Shown here: in pieces, positions 1 to 10,821 of the stretch
Layout of the letters: each line of letters starts with the position of its first letter
Numbering within the stretch: position 1 is the stretch's first letter
NCBI GenBank assembly: GCA_964004625.1
Contig: CAXFOB010000039.1
Span: 12,727-76,726 of the forward strand
DNA length: 64,000 bases
Source: an uncultured Flavobacteriales bacterium
GTDB taxonomy: Bacteria > Bacteroidota > Bacteroidia > Flavobacteriales > BACL11
Direction: 5' to 3'
Notes under the pieces: generated by a model
Told to the model about the DNA's origin: nothing
What the model saw: the letters and a program-made list of their open reading frames with translations, nothing else
The model's database searches: none
Translations under genes and position numbers: made by a program

Positions 1-1
1 T

Positions 2-55
2 GATAAACAAAAAGAATTAGTTTCTAAAGCTTTAAAAGAAGCAGAACTTAACTAG
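2..55 (+). CDS. atpF: ATP synthase F0 subunit b, C-terminal end (partial; gene starts upstream of the window)
   Basis: Frame open from the window edge, ending TAG at 53-55 (DKQKELVSKALKEAELN*). K/E/A-rich helical tail directly upstream of atpH, as in atpF-atpH-atpA-atpG operons. Confidence 0.55.
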   Translation, partial: DKQKELVSKALKEAELN

Positions 56-62
56 TATTAAA

Positions 63-620
63 ATGAAATCGACAAGACTATCATCTAGATATGCAAAATC
101 GTTACTTCTTTTAGTAGAGGAGCAAGACACTTTAGAAGCAACACTTTCTGATATGAAACATGTTGTTGCCGTCTGTTCTGAAAATAAAGATTTGTCATTA
201 TTATTAAAAAGTCCAATTGTAAAATCAGACAAAAAAATATCTATTTTAACTGAAATATTTTCAAAATCAGTTTCGGATATAACAATGGCCTTTATACACA
301 TTATCGCTACTAAAAAAAGGGAAATGTACTTATCGGGTATAGCTAAAAGTTTTATTTCTCTATATAAATCACAAAAAAATATAGAAACAGTTACACTTAC
401 AACCGCTAACCCTATAGATGACATTACTAAATCTGAAATACTTGATTATGTAAAAAAGAATGGAAAATCAGATGTAGAGTTATCAGAAATTATTGATAAA
501 AACATAATTGGCGGTATGGTTGTAAAAGTTGGAGACAAGCAATTAGACGCTAGTGTAATAAGAGATATAAAAGAATTAAGGAAAACGTTTAACAAAAACC
601 TTTATATAAAGGACTTCTAA
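63..620 (+). CDS. atpH: ATP synthase F1 subunit delta (OSCP)
   Basis: 185 aa. N-terminus [11 protein letters not shown] is typical of delta/OSCP. Sits between the b-subunit tail and atpA. Confidence 0.85.
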   Translation: MKSTRLSSRYAKSLLLLVEEQDTLEATLSDMKHVVAVCSENKDLSLLLKSPIVKSDKKISILTEIFSKSVSDITMAFIHIIATKKREMYLSGIAKSFISLYKSQKNIETVTLTTANPIDDITKSEILDYVKKNGKSDVELSEIIDKNIIGGMVVKVGDKQLDASVIRDIKELRKTFNKNLYIKDF

Positions 621-637
621 AAATAAAAACTAAAACA

Positions 638-2218
638 ATGGCAGAAGTAAAACCAGCTGAAGTATCAGCAATTTTAAGACAACAACTTTCAGGCTTTAAA
701 TCAGAGGCTCAATTAGAAGAAGTTGGAACAGTATTACAGGTTGGAGATGGTATTGCTCGTATTTATGGGCTTACCAATGTTCAATCCGGAGAATTAATTG
801 AATTTGACAACGGACTTAAAGCAATTGTTCTGAATTTGGAAGAAGATAATGTAGGAGCGGTATTGTTGGGAGCTTCCAAAGGAATTAAAGAAGGAGATAC
901 CGTAAAAAGAACTAATCAAATAGCATCTATTAAGGTAGGAGAAGGAATGTTAGGAAGAGTGGTAGACACAATGGGTAACCCCATAGATGGAAAAGGGCCT
1001 ATTAAAGGGGAAACATTTGAGATGCCTATCGAAAGAAAAGCTCCTGGTGTAATTTATAGACAGCCTGTAAACGAACCGCTACAAACAGGATTAAAAGCTG
1101 TTGATGCTATGATTCCTATAGGACGAGGGCAAAGAGAGTTAATTATTGGAGATAGACAAACAGGTAAAACAGCTGTAGCTATTGATACAATTATTAATCA
1201 AAAAGAATTTTATGACAAAGGAGAGCCAGTTTTTTGTATCTATGTTGCTGTTGGTCAGAAAAACTCTACCGTTGCAGCGCTTGCTAAAACATTAGAAGAC
1301 GCTGGAGCTCTTGCTTATACTGTTATTATAGCGGCATCCGCTGCAGACCCAGCTCCAATGCAGTTTTATGCACCACTTTCAGGAGCGGCTATTGGAGAAT
1401 ATTTCAGAGATACTGGTAGACCAGCTTTAATTGTTTTTGATGATCTATCAAAACAAGCTGTTGCATATAGAGAAGTTTCTTTATTACTTAGAAGACCCCC
1501 AGGAAGAGAGGCTTATCCAGGAGACGTCTTCTATTTACACTCAAGATTATTAGAAAGAGCTGCAAAAGTTATTAATGATGATACTATTGCGTCTCAGATG
1601 AATGATTTACCAGAGTCTTTAAAAGGCAAGGTAAAAGGGGGAGGTTCTTTAACAGCACTTCCAATTATTGAGACACAAGCGGGAGATGTTTCAGCATATA
1701 TTCCAACGAATGTAATTTCAATTACCGATGGACAAATTTTCTTAGAGTCTAACCTTTTCTTGTCTGGAGTCCGCCCAGCAATTAATGTTGGTATTTCAGT
1801 ATCTAGAGTAGGTGGCTCAGCTCAGATTAAGTCAATGAAAAAGATTTCAGGTACTTTAAAATTAGACCAAGCGCAATACAGAGAGTTAGAAGCTTTTGCT
1901 AAGTTTGGTTCTGACCTTGACGCTGCTACTACTGCTATTATTGAAAAAGGTAAAAGAAATGTAGAAATATTAAAACAAGCACAATATTCCCCGTTAAGAG
2001 TTGAAGAACAAGCAGCTATTATTTACTGTGGTACAAATGGCTTATTGATGGATGTACCAGTAAATAAGATTAAAGAATTTGAGACCGAGTTTATCTCTTT
2101 CCTCCACGCAAAACACCAAGATACTTTAGATGCTTTAGCCGCAGGAAAACTAACAGATGAAATTAAATCTACTCTTGAGAAAGTAGCGGCTGATCTTTCT
2201 CAAAAATATGACAATTAA
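638..2218 (+). CDS. atpA: ATP synthase F1 subunit alpha
   Basis: 526 aa. Walker A GDRQTGKT, plus the conserved alpha-subunit stretch ...[19 protein letters not shown]. Confidence 0.97.
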   Translation: MAEVKPAEVSAILRQQLSGFKSEAQLEEVGTVLQVGDGIARIYGLTNVQSGELIEFDNGLKAIVLNLEEDNVGAVLLGASKGIKEGDTVKRTNQIASIKVGEGMLGRVVDTMGNPIDGKGPIKGETFEMPIERKAPGVIYRQPVNEPLQTGLKAVDAMIPIGRGQRELIIGDRQTGKTAVAIDTIINQKEFYDKGEPVFCIYVAVGQKNSTVAALAKTLEDAGALAYTVIIAASAADPAPMQFYAPLSGAAIGEYFRDTGRPALIVFDDLSKQAVAYREVSLLLRRPPGREAYPGDVFYLHSRLLERAAKVINDDTIASQMNDLPESLKGKVKGGGSLTALPIIETQAGDVSAYIPTNVISITDGQIFLESNLFLSGVRPAINVGISVSRVGGSAQIKSMKKISGTLKLDQAQYRELEAFAKFGSDLDAATTAIIEKGKRNVEILKQAQYSPLRVEEQAAIIYCGTNGLLMDVPVNKIKEFETEFISFLHAKHQDTLDALAAGKLTDEIKSTLEKVAADLSQKYDN

Positions 2219-2221
2219 TTT

Positions 2222-3085
2222 ATGGCGAACCTAAAAGAAATACGTTCTAGAATTACTTCTGTAGGATCAACTATGCAGATTACATCTGCTATGAAAATGG
2301 TATCTGCAGCTAAATTAAAACGAGCTCAGGATGCGGTTACTCAAATGAGGCCATATGCAAATAAACTTACAGAATTATTAGTAAATTTAAGTTCGACTTT
2401 AGATAGTTCAGAAGGCGGTGTTTATTCTGAAAACAGAGAATTAAAGAATGTGCTATTGGTTATAGTTACTTCAAACAGGGGTCTTTGTGGGGGGTTTAAC
2501 GCAAATATTATTAAGAAAGCAAAATCTTTGATGGAGGGAGATTTTAAAAATCTAGGAATAGACATATTATCTATTGGAAGAAAATCTTCAGAACACTTTA
2601 CAAAGAATGGTTACAATGTAATTTCCACTCATGATGAATTGTATTCTGATTTAACATATAGTAATACATCTGAAATTGCAAAATCAATCATGGAATCATT
2701 TACAAATTCAGAATACGACAAGGTGGTTTTATTATACAATCAGTTTAAAAATGCAGCGACCCAAATAGTTATGGACGAACAGTATTTACCTGTTGATTCC
2801 GCTGAAGATTCAGAAGCCCCCATTGGAGATTATATTTTTGAACCGAATCAGAAAGATATCGTAGAAAACTTAATACCAAAATCATTAAAAACACAACTTT
2901 TTAAAGCGGTATTAGATTCTCACGCATCTGAGCATGGAGCTAGAATGACAGCAATGCATAAAGCGACAGATAACGCTGGTGAACTTAAAAAAGAATTAAC
3001 TTTATCATATAACAAAGCAAGGCAAGCTGCAATTACAGGAGAGATTCTAGAAATTGTAGGAGGAGCTGAAGCGTTAAATGGATAA
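2222..3085 (+). CDS. atpG: ATP synthase F1 subunit gamma
   Basis: 287 aa. N-terminus MANLKEIRSRITSV..TMQITSAMKMVSAAKL and C-terminus ITGEILEIVGGAEAL are gamma-subunit hallmarks. Confidence 0.95.
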   Translation: MANLKEIRSRITSVGSTMQITSAMKMVSAAKLKRAQDAVTQMRPYANKLTELLVNLSSTLDSSEGGVYSENRELKNVLLVIVTSNRGLCGGFNANIIKKAKSLMEGDFKNLGIDILSIGRKSSEHFTKNGYNVISTHDELYSDLTYSNTSEIAKSIMESFTNSEYDKVVLLYNQFKNAATQIVMDEQYLPVDSAEDSEAPIGDYIFEPNQKDIVENLIPKSLKTQLFKAVLDSHASEHGARMTAMHKATDNAGELKKELTLSYNKARQAAITGEILEIVGGAEALNG

Positions 3086-3107
3086 CATAAACTAAAATAC
3101 TATTGTT

Positions 3108-3138
3108 AAAAACCCTCTACATTTCGTAGGGGGTTTTT
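3108..3138 (+). terminator. Rho-independent terminator after atpG
   Basis: Stem CCCTCTAC (3113-3120), loop ATTTC, stem GTAGGGGG (3126-3133; one G-U pair), then TTTTT (3134-3138). An A-tract lies upstream. Confidence 0.7.
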
Positions 3139-3161
3139 AATTATTCAAAATACCGAAATAC

Positions 3162-3169
3162 TATATTTG
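3162..3169 (+). promoter_or_regulatory. Bacteroidota-type -7 box TAtaTTTG, 19 nt upstream of the enoyl-CoA hydratase ATG
   Basis: Exact match to TAnnTTTG in the intergenic spacer after the atpG terminator. Confidence 0.45.
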
Positions 3170-3188
3170 TAAAAATAAATAATAACAA

Positions 3189-3962
3189 ATGGAATTCAAC
3201 AACATTTTAATTGGGGTAGAAAACAAAATATCCTATATTACAATAAACAGACCAAAACAATTAAACGCTTTAAATTCAGAAACGATTAAGGAATTACACA
3301 ATGCAATTACATATTCTGAGGCAGAAAAAGAAGTTAGATGTATTTTAATTACAGGTAGTGGAGATAAAGCATTTGTTGCGGGTGCAGACATTAAGGAATT
3401 TGCTGATTTTAATATAGAAGAAGGAGAAAAATTAGCCAGAAAAGGTCAGGAATTATTATTTGATCTATTAGAAAACTGTTCAAAACCAACCATAGCAGCG
3501 ATAAATGGTTTTGCTCTTGGGGGTGGTTTGGAACTAGCTATGTCTTGCCATATCCGACTTGCATGTACAACCGCTAAAATGGGATTACCAGAAGTATCTT
3601 TAGGTGTTATCCCTGGTTATGGGGGAACACAAAGACTTGCGAATTTGGTAGGAAAAGGAAAGGCATTAGAAATGATTTCCACAGCATCCATGATTTCAGC
3701 TGAACAAGCATTAAATTATGGTTTGGTAAATGACACATGTGATCAAGAAAAACTAATATCAAATTGCGAAAAAATTGCATCCAAAATATCCAGAAATTCA
3801 CCTAACGCAATTGCTTCTGCAATAAAATCAGTAAATGCTGGTTTTATTGATGGTGTAAATGGTTATGAGATAGAAAAGAAGGAATTTGGAAAGTGTTTTG
3901 GAACAGATGAGTTTATAGAAGGTACAACAGCATTTTTAGAAAAAAGAAAAGCAAATTTTTAA
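3189..3962 (+). CDS. enoyl-CoA hydratase/isomerase (crotonase family)
   Basis: 257 aa. Crotonase motifs FVAGADIKEF and GFALGGGLELAMSCHIR. Confidence 0.9.
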   Translation: MEFNNILIGVENKISYITINRPKQLNALNSETIKELHNAITYSEAEKEVRCILITGSGDKAFVAGADIKEFADFNIEEGEKLARKGQELLFDLLENCSKPTIAAINGFALGGGLELAMSCHIRLACTTAKMGLPEVSLGVIPGYGGTQRLANLVGKGKALEMISTASMISAEQALNYGLVNDTCDQEKLISNCEKIASKISRNSPNAIASAIKSVNAGFIDGVNGYEIEKKEFGKCFGTDEFIEGTTAFLEKRKANF

Positions 3963-5444
3963 TTGAATCCACTTAAAAAACTAGCAGGACAAACTGTAAT
4001 TTACGGTTTAAGTAGTGTGGTCGGCAGACTACTAAACTACTTATTAGTACCTCTATATACTCGTTATTTTTTACCAGAAGAATATGGAATAGTAACAGAA
4101 CTTTATGCTTATGTAGCTTTTTTGGTTGTAATACTTACTTACGGAATTGAAACCGCTTTTTTTAGATATTCGCAAAAAGTACCAAACAAAAGAACGGTTT
4201 ACAGTACGGCATTAATATCACTACTTGTAACATCTTCTATTTTCATATTTATTATTTTTTCATCTACAATCCCTATTGCTAACTGGCTACAATACCCAAA
4301 TAATACGGATTACATTCAATTTTTCGCATTAATTATTGGTTTAGATGCCGTATCCTCAATTTCATTCGCTAAATTGAGAGAACAAAATAACGCAACAAGA
4401 TTTGCTTTAATAAGACTTGTAAACATCTTTATTAATATAGGTTTAAATCTATTTTTCATTATCTACTGTCCTTACGCAATAGAAAAAGGACTTCCTTCCG
4501 TAGATTTTGTAAATTCTGTTTATTCTGAAGGTTATGGAGTTGGATATATTTTTGTTGCAAATTTAATTGCTAGTGCGGTTACTTTTTTAATGTTGTTACC
4601 TGAAATGATAAAATCAGTTTGGATATTTGATAAATCAATCTGGCGTCAAATGATGATTTACGCTTTACCTTTGTTAGTAGCTGGTTTGGCTGGTATGACA
4701 AACGAAACAATTGACAGGGTGTTATTAAAACACCTACTACCAGATACCATAAATGCTTCTGCAGAAATTGGTTTGTATGGAGCTTTCTACAAGCTATCTA
4801 TACTAATCGTATTGTTTATCCAAACTTTTAGATTTGCTGCAGAGCCTTTCTTTTTTGCACAAGAAAAAGAAAAAAACTCAAGAAAAACATATGCAGATGT
4901 AATGAAGTATTTTGTAATTATCACTTCATTTATATTTTTGGTAGTAACAATGTTGTATGATTTTATTATTCTATTTTTAGGAAGTAATTATCATGATGAC
5001 AGAGGGTTTTTAACTGTTTCTATTTTGTTAGCAGCTAATCTTTTATTGGGGATTTATTATAATCTTTCAATATGGTATAAACTCTCTGAGAAAACAAAAT
5101 ACGGAGCATACCTATCTATCTTTGGAGCAATCATAACCCTAAGTCTTAATTTTATTTTAATACCCATTATTGGTTTTGTAGGTTCAGCTTGGGCTACACT
5201 TGTTTGTTATTTTTGTATGACTACAACCTCCTATTTTTTAGGAAGAAAACATTATAGAATACCCTATCCAATTAAAAGAATTTCTTTTTATTTGATACTT
5301 GTGTCGGCGTTGTTCTTCTCAAGTATTTATTTTAACATAGGAATAATACTTAAAATAATATACATATTGATTTTTATAACAATTGCTTTTGTGTTAGAAA
5401 AACCTAAAAAAGCAGTAATTTCAAACCCAAAATTATTTGATTAA
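3963..5444 (+). CDS. polysaccharide/oligosaccharide flippase (MOP/Wzx-type membrane protein)
   Basis: 493 aa, about 12-14 hydrophobic helices. N-terminus [30 protein letters not shown] is typical of the family. TTG start directly after the preceding TAA. Confidence 0.75.
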   Translation: MNPLKKLAGQTVIYGLSSVVGRLLNYLLVPLYTRYFLPEEYGIVTELYAYVAFLVVILTYGIETAFFRYSQKVPNKRTVYSTALISLLVTSSIFIFIIFSSTIPIANWLQYPNNTDYIQFFALIIGLDAVSSISFAKLREQNNATRFALIRLVNIFINIGLNLFFIIYCPYAIEKGLPSVDFVNSVYSEGYGVGYIFVANLIASAVTFLMLLPEMIKSVWIFDKSIWRQMMIYALPLLVAGLAGMTNETIDRVLLKHLLPDTINASAEIGLYGAFYKLSILIVLFIQTFRFAAEPFFFAQEKEKNSRKTYADVMKYFVIITSFIFLVVTMLYDFIILFLGSNYHDDRGFLTVSILLAANLLLGIYYNLSIWYKLSEKTKYGAYLSIFGAIITLSLNFILIPIIGFVGSAWATLVCYFCMTTTSYFLGRKHYRIPYPIKRISFYLILVSALFFSSIYFNIGIILKIIYILIFITIAFVLEKPKKAVISNPKLFD

Positions 5445-5446
5445 AA

Positions 5447-5881
5447 ATGAAAGTAAAAGTAGTAAACAAATCCAAAAACGATTTACCAAATTATTCGACA
5501 ATTGCTTCAGCAGGAATGGATTTAAGAGCAAATATTGATGCACCAATATTACTAAAACCTCTATCGAGAACAATTGTAAGAACAGGAATATTTATGGAGT
5601 TACCTATTGGTTACGAAGCCCAGGTAAGACCAAGAAGCGGTTTGGCTTTTAAAAAAGGTATAACTGTATTAAACTCTCCTGGCACAATTGATGCAGATTA
5701 CAGAGGAGAGATTGGTGTTATATTAGTGAATTTATCAGATGAGGAATTTATTATAGAAGATGGAGAAAGAATAGCTCAGATGGTTCTATCTAAACACGAA
5801 CAAGTTAATTGGTTTGAAGTAGAAACTCTTGAAGAAACCGAAAGAGGTTCTGGAGGTTTTGGAAGTACAGGGTTAAAATAA
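5447..5881 (+). CDS. dut: dUTP diphosphatase
   Basis: 144 aa. Motifs [30 protein letters not shown] and a C-terminal [10 protein letters not shown]. Confidence 0.95.
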   Translation: MKVKVVNKSKNDLPNYSTIASAGMDLRANIDAPILLKPLSRTIVRTGIFMELPIGYEAQVRPRSGLAFKKGITVLNSPGTIDADYRGEIGVILVNLSDEEFIIEDGERIAQMVLSKHEQVNWFEVETLEETERGSGGFGSTGLK

Positions 5882-5892
5882 AAAATAAAGAA

Positions 5893-6894
5893 ATGAAAAT
5901 AATAGTACCAATGGCTGGGAGGGGGTCCCGATTAAGACCACATACACTTACAATACCAAAACCATTAATCCCAGTTGCTGGAAAGCCAATAGTACAGAGG
6001 TTAGTAGAAGATATTGTCAAAGTTTGTGGGAAAGAAGTTGAAGAAATAGCTTTTATAATAGGTGATTTTGGACAAGAGGTAGAGGATAGTTTAATTAAAG
6101 TTGCGGAGGGATTGGGAGCAAAAGGATCGATTTATCATCAAGACAAACCCCTCGGCACTGCTCATGCAATTTTATGTGCAAAAGAATCTTTAGAAGGAAA
6201 TTGTGTAGTAGCATTTGCTGATACTTTATTTAAAGCAGATTTTACGTTAGACAATTCAAAGGATGGAATAATTTGGGTAAGTCAAATTGACGACCCCTCT
6301 GATTTTGGAGTAGTGAAGTTAAATAAAGATAACATAATTACAGATTTTGTGGAAAAGCCCCAAACTTTTGTTTCAGATTTAGCTATAATTGGAATTTATT
6401 ACTTTAATGATGGTGTGTTCCTTAAAAACGAACTACAATATTTATTAGATAATAATATAAAAGATAACGGAGAATACCAATTAACAAACGCTTTAGAGAA
6501 CATGAAAAATAAAGGAACTAATTTTTCTCCCGGAAAAGTTGATGAATGGTTGGATTGCGGAAATAAGAAAGCAACCGTATATACTAACGAGAGAGTTTTG
6601 GAATATAATGGAAACATTATATCAAACTCTTCTAAAATAGAAGACTCAGAAATTATAGAGCCTTGTTTTATTGGAGAAAATGTTGTTATTAAAAACTCTA
6701 AAATAGGACCTCATGTGTCTATAGGAGGCAATACAACTATAGAAAATAGCGTTATTACAAAATCAATTATTCAAAATGACACTTTTGTAAAAGAAGCAAT
6801 TTTAAATAACTCTATGATTGGGAATAAATCACTATTTAATGGCAATAATATAAATCAAGAAGTAAGTATTGGAGATTTTTCTCAAGTAAAATAA
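5893..6894 (+). CDS. sugar-phosphate nucleotidyltransferase with C-terminal left-handed beta-helix
   Basis: 333 aa. N-terminal PMAGRGSRLRP...PKPLIPVAGKPIV NTP-transferase signature. Hexapeptide-like repeats at the C-terminus. Confidence 0.8.
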   Translation: MKIIVPMAGRGSRLRPHTLTIPKPLIPVAGKPIVQRLVEDIVKVCGKEVEEIAFIIGDFGQEVEDSLIKVAEGLGAKGSIYHQDKPLGTAHAILCAKESLEGNCVVAFADTLFKADFTLDNSKDGIIWVSQIDDPSDFGVVKLNKDNIITDFVEKPQTFVSDLAIIGIYYFNDGVFLKNELQYLLDNNIKDNGEYQLTNALENMKNKGTNFSPGKVDEWLDCGNKKATVYTNERVLEYNGNIISNSSKIEDSEIIEPCFIGENVVIKNSKIGPHVSIGGNTTIENSVITKSIIQNDTFVKEAILNNSMIGNKSLFNGNNINQEVSIGDFSQVK

Positions 6895-8603
6895 TGAAGA
6901 AAACACTTTTTATATTTTTTACTTTTCTCTTGTGTGTTATAACAGTTAACGCACAAAAAAAATCTTTTTTTCCAGGAGGATCAAAGAGAAATGTCACAAA
7001 AAACAAACATCTAAAAGAAGACAGGTCAAAGAATGAGTATCAATATAAAATCAACTTTTATTCTGCTTTAAAACAAAAATCTCTAGAAAATTACGACCAA
7101 GCAATTAAGTATTTTGAAAAGTGTATTAAAATAGACGGAACACAAGCTAGCCCTCATTATGAATTGTCCCAGATTTACTTTATCCAAGACAATCTATCAG
7201 AAAGTTTAAAACATTCTAAAACATCATATACTTTATCTCCTAAAAATAAATGGTACGCTTTGTTTTATGCTGAAAATTTATTTTCAAACAAAAAGTTTTA
7301 TGAGGCTATAAGAGTTTATAAAAACTTGATAAAGCAAGACAATAAAACGGAAGACTATTATTTGGAACTTGCTATTTGTTATTTGTATAACAATGATTTA
7401 ATGTCTGCTATAAAAACCTATAACTCATTAGAGAAGTTTAAGGGTTTAAATCATTATACAAGCACTCAAAAATATAAGATTTATATAGAACTGAAGGACT
7501 TTAAAAGTGCTGCAAAAGAGTTGGAGTTATTTTTAAAGAAAAATCCATATGACATACAGATTTATGAGATGCTTTCGGATTGTTATATATTAGATAATAA
7601 TTTTGATAAAGCTTTTGAAACCCTAAAAAAACTCTCTGAAATAAATCCCGGTTCTGGCGCGGTACACCTAACACTCTCAGATTTTTATTTACAAAATGGA
7701 AATATCCCAGAATATCAAAAAGAACTTAAGATTGCATTCAAATCCAACAAAATAGACGCTCAATCTAAAGTAAGAAAGATAGGACCCTTATTAACTCCAA
7801 TTTATGAAAACAATCTTGAAGATATAGACTTTGTATTAGAGTTAAGTAAGATTTTTGTAGATAACCACCCGGATAACGAGATGTCGAATTATATATATGC
7901 TGATTTACTTAGGATAACTAAGGATATTGACAACTCTATATCCTACTATAAAAAAGTGGTGGAAATTAATCCTAATCAACAAGACGCGTGGATTGATTTA
8001 CTTTTCTTAGAGTTGCAAAAAAACCGAATTCAAAATCTTATTACAGATTCTGAAGCCGCTTTAGAGTTGTTTCCAACCAATCCTACTTTTTATTATTTAA
8101 ATGGTTTGGCATATTTTTATAATCAAGAATATAATAAAACAATAGAAACTTTAGGGGTTGGGGTCAATTTTCTGTTTGACAATCCCACATTATCGTCTGA
8201 AATGTATTCTATTTTAGGAAACACATATAATGAATTAGAAGACTACAATAATTCAGATAAATCATATGATTTAGCTTTAGAGTATTTACCGGAAAATGTA
8301 ACAGTTTTAAATAATTATGCCTATTACCTTTCTTTAAGAGGTGAAAACCTGGAAAAAGCTAAACAAATGTCCAAAAAGACCCTAGAGTTATTTCCTGAAG
8401 AAGCAAATTATTTAGATACTTACGCTTGGATATTATATAAAATGAAAGATTATGAATCTGCTAAAGTTTTTATGCTACAAGCAATTGATTTAGCAGAGAG
8501 TAAAACGTTTTACAATCACCTGTCAGATATTCTAACTGAATTAGGTGAGCTGGAAGATGCGAAAAAATATAAATTAAAAGCTAAAGAGTTTGACAGTGAA
8601 TAA
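6894..8603 (+). CDS. tetratricopeptide-repeat protein with signal peptide
   Basis: 569 aa. N-terminal signal sequence and many 34-aa TPR-like units (A/Y/L periodicity, e.g. YDQAIKYFEKCIKIDG). Confidence 0.75.
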   Translation: MKKTLFIFFTFLLCVITVNAQKKSFFPGGSKRNVTKNKHLKEDRSKNEYQYKINFYSALKQKSLENYDQAIKYFEKCIKIDGTQASPHYELSQIYFIQDNLSESLKHSKTSYTLSPKNKWYALFYAENLFSNKKFYEAIRVYKNLIKQDNKTEDYYLELAICYLYNNDLMSAIKTYNSLEKFKGLNHYTSTQKYKIYIELKDFKSAAKELELFLKKNPYDIQIYEMLSDCYILDNNFDKAFETLKKLSEINPGSGAVHLTLSDFYLQNGNIPEYQKELKIAFKSNKIDAQSKVRKIGPLLTPIYENNLEDIDFVLELSKIFVDNHPDNEMSNYIYADLLRITKDIDNSISYYKKVVEINPNQQDAWIDLLFLELQKNRIQNLITDSEAALELFPTNPTFYYLNGLAYFYNQEYNKTIETLGVGVNFLFDNPTLSSEMYSILGNTYNELEDYNNSDKSYDLALEYLPENVTVLNNYAYYLSLRGENLEKAKQMSKKTLELFPEEANYLDTYAWILYKMKDYESAKVFMLQAIDLAESKTFYNHLSDILTELGELEDAKKYKLKAKEFDSE

Positions 8604-9342
8604 ACACATTTTCATATTGCTTTTATGTTTTGGATTTTCTTCATGTTCTTTGTTAAAAAACAATAATATATTAGTTGAAAAACCATCCGATCAAACGTAT
8701 AATATTGAAAATAAAATAACAGAATTAAATATATCTCCCGATAGGGTTTCTTTAAATTCAAAAATAAAAATTAATAAAGAAGGTGAAAAAACAGAAATTA
8801 ATTCCATTATTCGTGTTAAAAAAGACAGTGTAATTTGGATTTCTTTAAAAGCTCCTTTAGGAATTGAAATCTTAAGAACAATGATAACCCCAGACTCTAT
8901 TTATTTTATGAACAGAATAGATAAAACATATTTTGTAAAACCCATTTCTCATATAAAGAATGTGGTCAAAACGGATATAAACTACTTTCAAATTCAAGAA
9001 ATATTGTTTTCATCACCCAGGATGCTCAATTCTAGAATTGTTCCAGATAAATCAAAAATTGGAAAATATATTTCTAAATCTGAATACGCTACATATATTA
9101 TAAACAACCTTTATAGAGTTGAAAAAATGGAATTATCAGATAATGAGAACAAAAAACTAACCATTACTTTTACTAACTATTCTTTTTTTGAAGACATAAA
9201 ATCATACTATCCAAAAAACTTATATATAGAAATAAGCTCTGAAGAAAAATTTATTGCTAATATAGATTTTTCAAAAATTGAGTTTAATAAAAATTCCTTA
9301 TTAAGCTTTAAAATACCATCTTCATATGTTAAAGTTAACTAA
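8590..9342 (+). CDS. DUF4292/LolB-like lipoprotein
   Basis: 250 aa. Lipoprotein signal LLLCFGFSSCS. Conserved position between the TPR protein and the EnvC-like protein in Flavobacteriia (family name from memory). TTG start, with GTG at 8596 as an alternative. Confidence 0.55.
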   Translation: MTVNKHIFILLLCFGFSSCSLLKNNNILVEKPSDQTYNIENKITELNISPDRVSLNSKIKINKEGEKTEINSIIRVKKDSVIWISLKAPLGIEILRTMITPDSIYFMNRIDKTYFVKPISHIKNVVKTDINYFQIQEILFSSPRMLNSRIVPDKSKIGKYISKSEYATYIINNLYRVEKMELSDNENKKLTITFTNYSFFEDIKSYYPKNLYIEISSEEKFIANIDFSKIEFNKNSLLSFKIPSSYVKVN

Positions 9343-10579
9343 ATATTTGTTTTTTGTAATCTGTGTATTTTCACTAAACGACCTGTACCCCCAAAGTAAA
9401 GAGCAGTTAAAAAAGGAGAAAGAGCAACTTGAACAAGAAATAAAAGACACAAATAAAAAGTTAAAAAAAGAAAAGAAGAAAAAAAACACAGCTTTAAATC
9501 AATTAAAACTTTCAAATAAAAAAATTAATCAACATCTCCAACTTCTTTCCAACCTTGAGAAGTCTATTAATATTCAAAATTTTAATATTAATAAAATAGA
9601 AAGAGACATTGAAGATATCGAAATAAAAATTTTAATGAAAGAAGATGAGCTGTCTTTATCAAAACAGGTATATTCCAAATTAATTTACCAATCTCATATT
9701 TGGAACAACACCTATAATGAAACTTACTTTCTTATTTCTTCTACAGATTTAAATCAACTATTTAAAAGGAAACAATATTTAAAACAACTTACACTACATA
9801 GGGTAAATCAGATAAGGAAAATTAAAATTATTACAAAGGAGTTAAAAAACACAAAGTCAGAGTTAGAAGAAACAAAGGAGAATTTACAACAAGCAAAGTT
9901 AGCAAAGGAAGTATTCTTTTCTGAAAAGAACAGTCAAACAGAAACACTAGAGTCAGAAAAAATTAGAAATTCAGAAATAGTTTCAAGAATTAAAGAAAAT
10001 GAGCAGTTTTACAGAAACGAACTTTTAGTTAAACAGAAAGAATCTAAAGCAATAGAAGAAGAAATAAAGAAAATTATAGAGGAAGAAATAAGAAAGGCAA
10101 GAGCAGAAGCAGAAAACAACAACACAGGATCTCCCCTTACCCCAGAAGCAATGGAGCTGTCTGCAAATTTTGCCTCTAATCAGGGGCTCCTCCCCTGGCC
10201 ATTAGAAAAAGGAATTATTACAGAAAGGTATGGAATACAGACAAACAAACATATTGCCGGTGTAGAAACAAAAAATAATGGAATTAATTTCCAAACAGAT
10301 GAGGAACAGTCTGTCAGGGTGGTTTTTGACGGAACTGTTTCAAGAATATTTTTGATAAAAGGAAAGGGGAAGGCAATTCTTGTGTCCCACGGTGGTTACT
10401 TTACAGTTTATTCCGGATTAAAAGATGTAGTTGTAAAAGCCGGGGAAAAAGTTATTTCAAAACAAAAACTAGGAACAGTTGTAACCTCTGAATTACAAGG
10501 AGAAACAGAACTTCATTTTGAAATTTGGAAAGGAAAAGAAACACAAAATCCAGTAAAATGGCTTTACAAGGCCAAATAA
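9326..10579 (+). CDS. EnvC-like murein hydrolase activator (coiled coil plus degenerate LytM/M23 domain)
   Basis: 417 aa. Long K/E-rich coiled coil, then an M23 fold in which the catalytic residues are substituted (NGINFQT for HxGxD; YSGL for YxHL; ELHFE for HLHFE). Confidence 0.8.
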   Translation: MLKLTKYLFFVICVFSLNDLYPQSKEQLKKEKEQLEQEIKDTNKKLKKEKKKKNTALNQLKLSNKKINQHLQLLSNLEKSINIQNFNINKIERDIEDIEIKILMKEDELSLSKQVYSKLIYQSHIWNNTYNETYFLISSTDLNQLFKRKQYLKQLTLHRVNQIRKIKIITKELKNTKSELEETKENLQQAKLAKEVFFSEKNSQTETLESEKIRNSEIVSRIKENEQFYRNELLVKQKESKAIEEEIKKIIEEEIRKARAEAENNNTGSPLTPEAMELSANFASNQGLLPWPLEKGIITERYGIQTNKHIAGVETKNNGINFQTDEEQSVRVVFDGTVSRIFLIKGKGKAILVSHGGYFTVYSGLKDVVVKAGEKVISKQKLGTVVTSELQGETELHFEIWKGKETQNPVKWLYKAK

Positions 10580-10591
10580 TAAAATTTATCC

Positions 10592-10599
10592 TAAATTTG
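10592..10599 (+). promoter_or_regulatory. -7 box TAaaTTTG, 16 nt upstream of tatA
   Basis: Exact TAnnTTTG match in the 36-nt spacer. Confidence 0.45.
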
Positions 10600-10615
10600 C
10601 ATAAAAATTAATATT

Positions 10616-10804
10616 ATGAATCCAACTTTATTATTAGGTTTACCCGGAGGTCCAGAATGGTTAATTATTTTGTTAATTGTATTATTATTATTCGGTGGAA
10701 AAAAATTACCAGGATTAATGAAAGGGCTTGGCAAGGGTATAAAGGAGTTTAAAGACGCTAAAAACGACACTAGCAAAGAGTTAGAAGAAAAGGACGAAAA
10801 TTAA
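10616..10804 (+). CDS. tatA: twin-arginine translocase TatA/E family subunit
   Basis: 62 aa. One TM helix followed by [21 protein letters not shown], the canonical TatA hinge and amphipathic helix. Confidence 0.9.
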   Translation: MNPTLLLGLPGGPEWLIILLIVLLLFGGKKLPGLMKGLGKGIKEFKDAKNDTSKELEEKDEN

Positions 10805-10821
10805 TCTTCAAAACCTTTGAA

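Noticed and set aside
10807-10821. Inverted repeat TTCAAA-acc-TTTGAA between tatA and gatA
   Set aside because: It is an all-A/T 6-bp stem with no T-tract, directly abutting the gatA TTG start. It is unlikely to be a terminator and is more likely chance.
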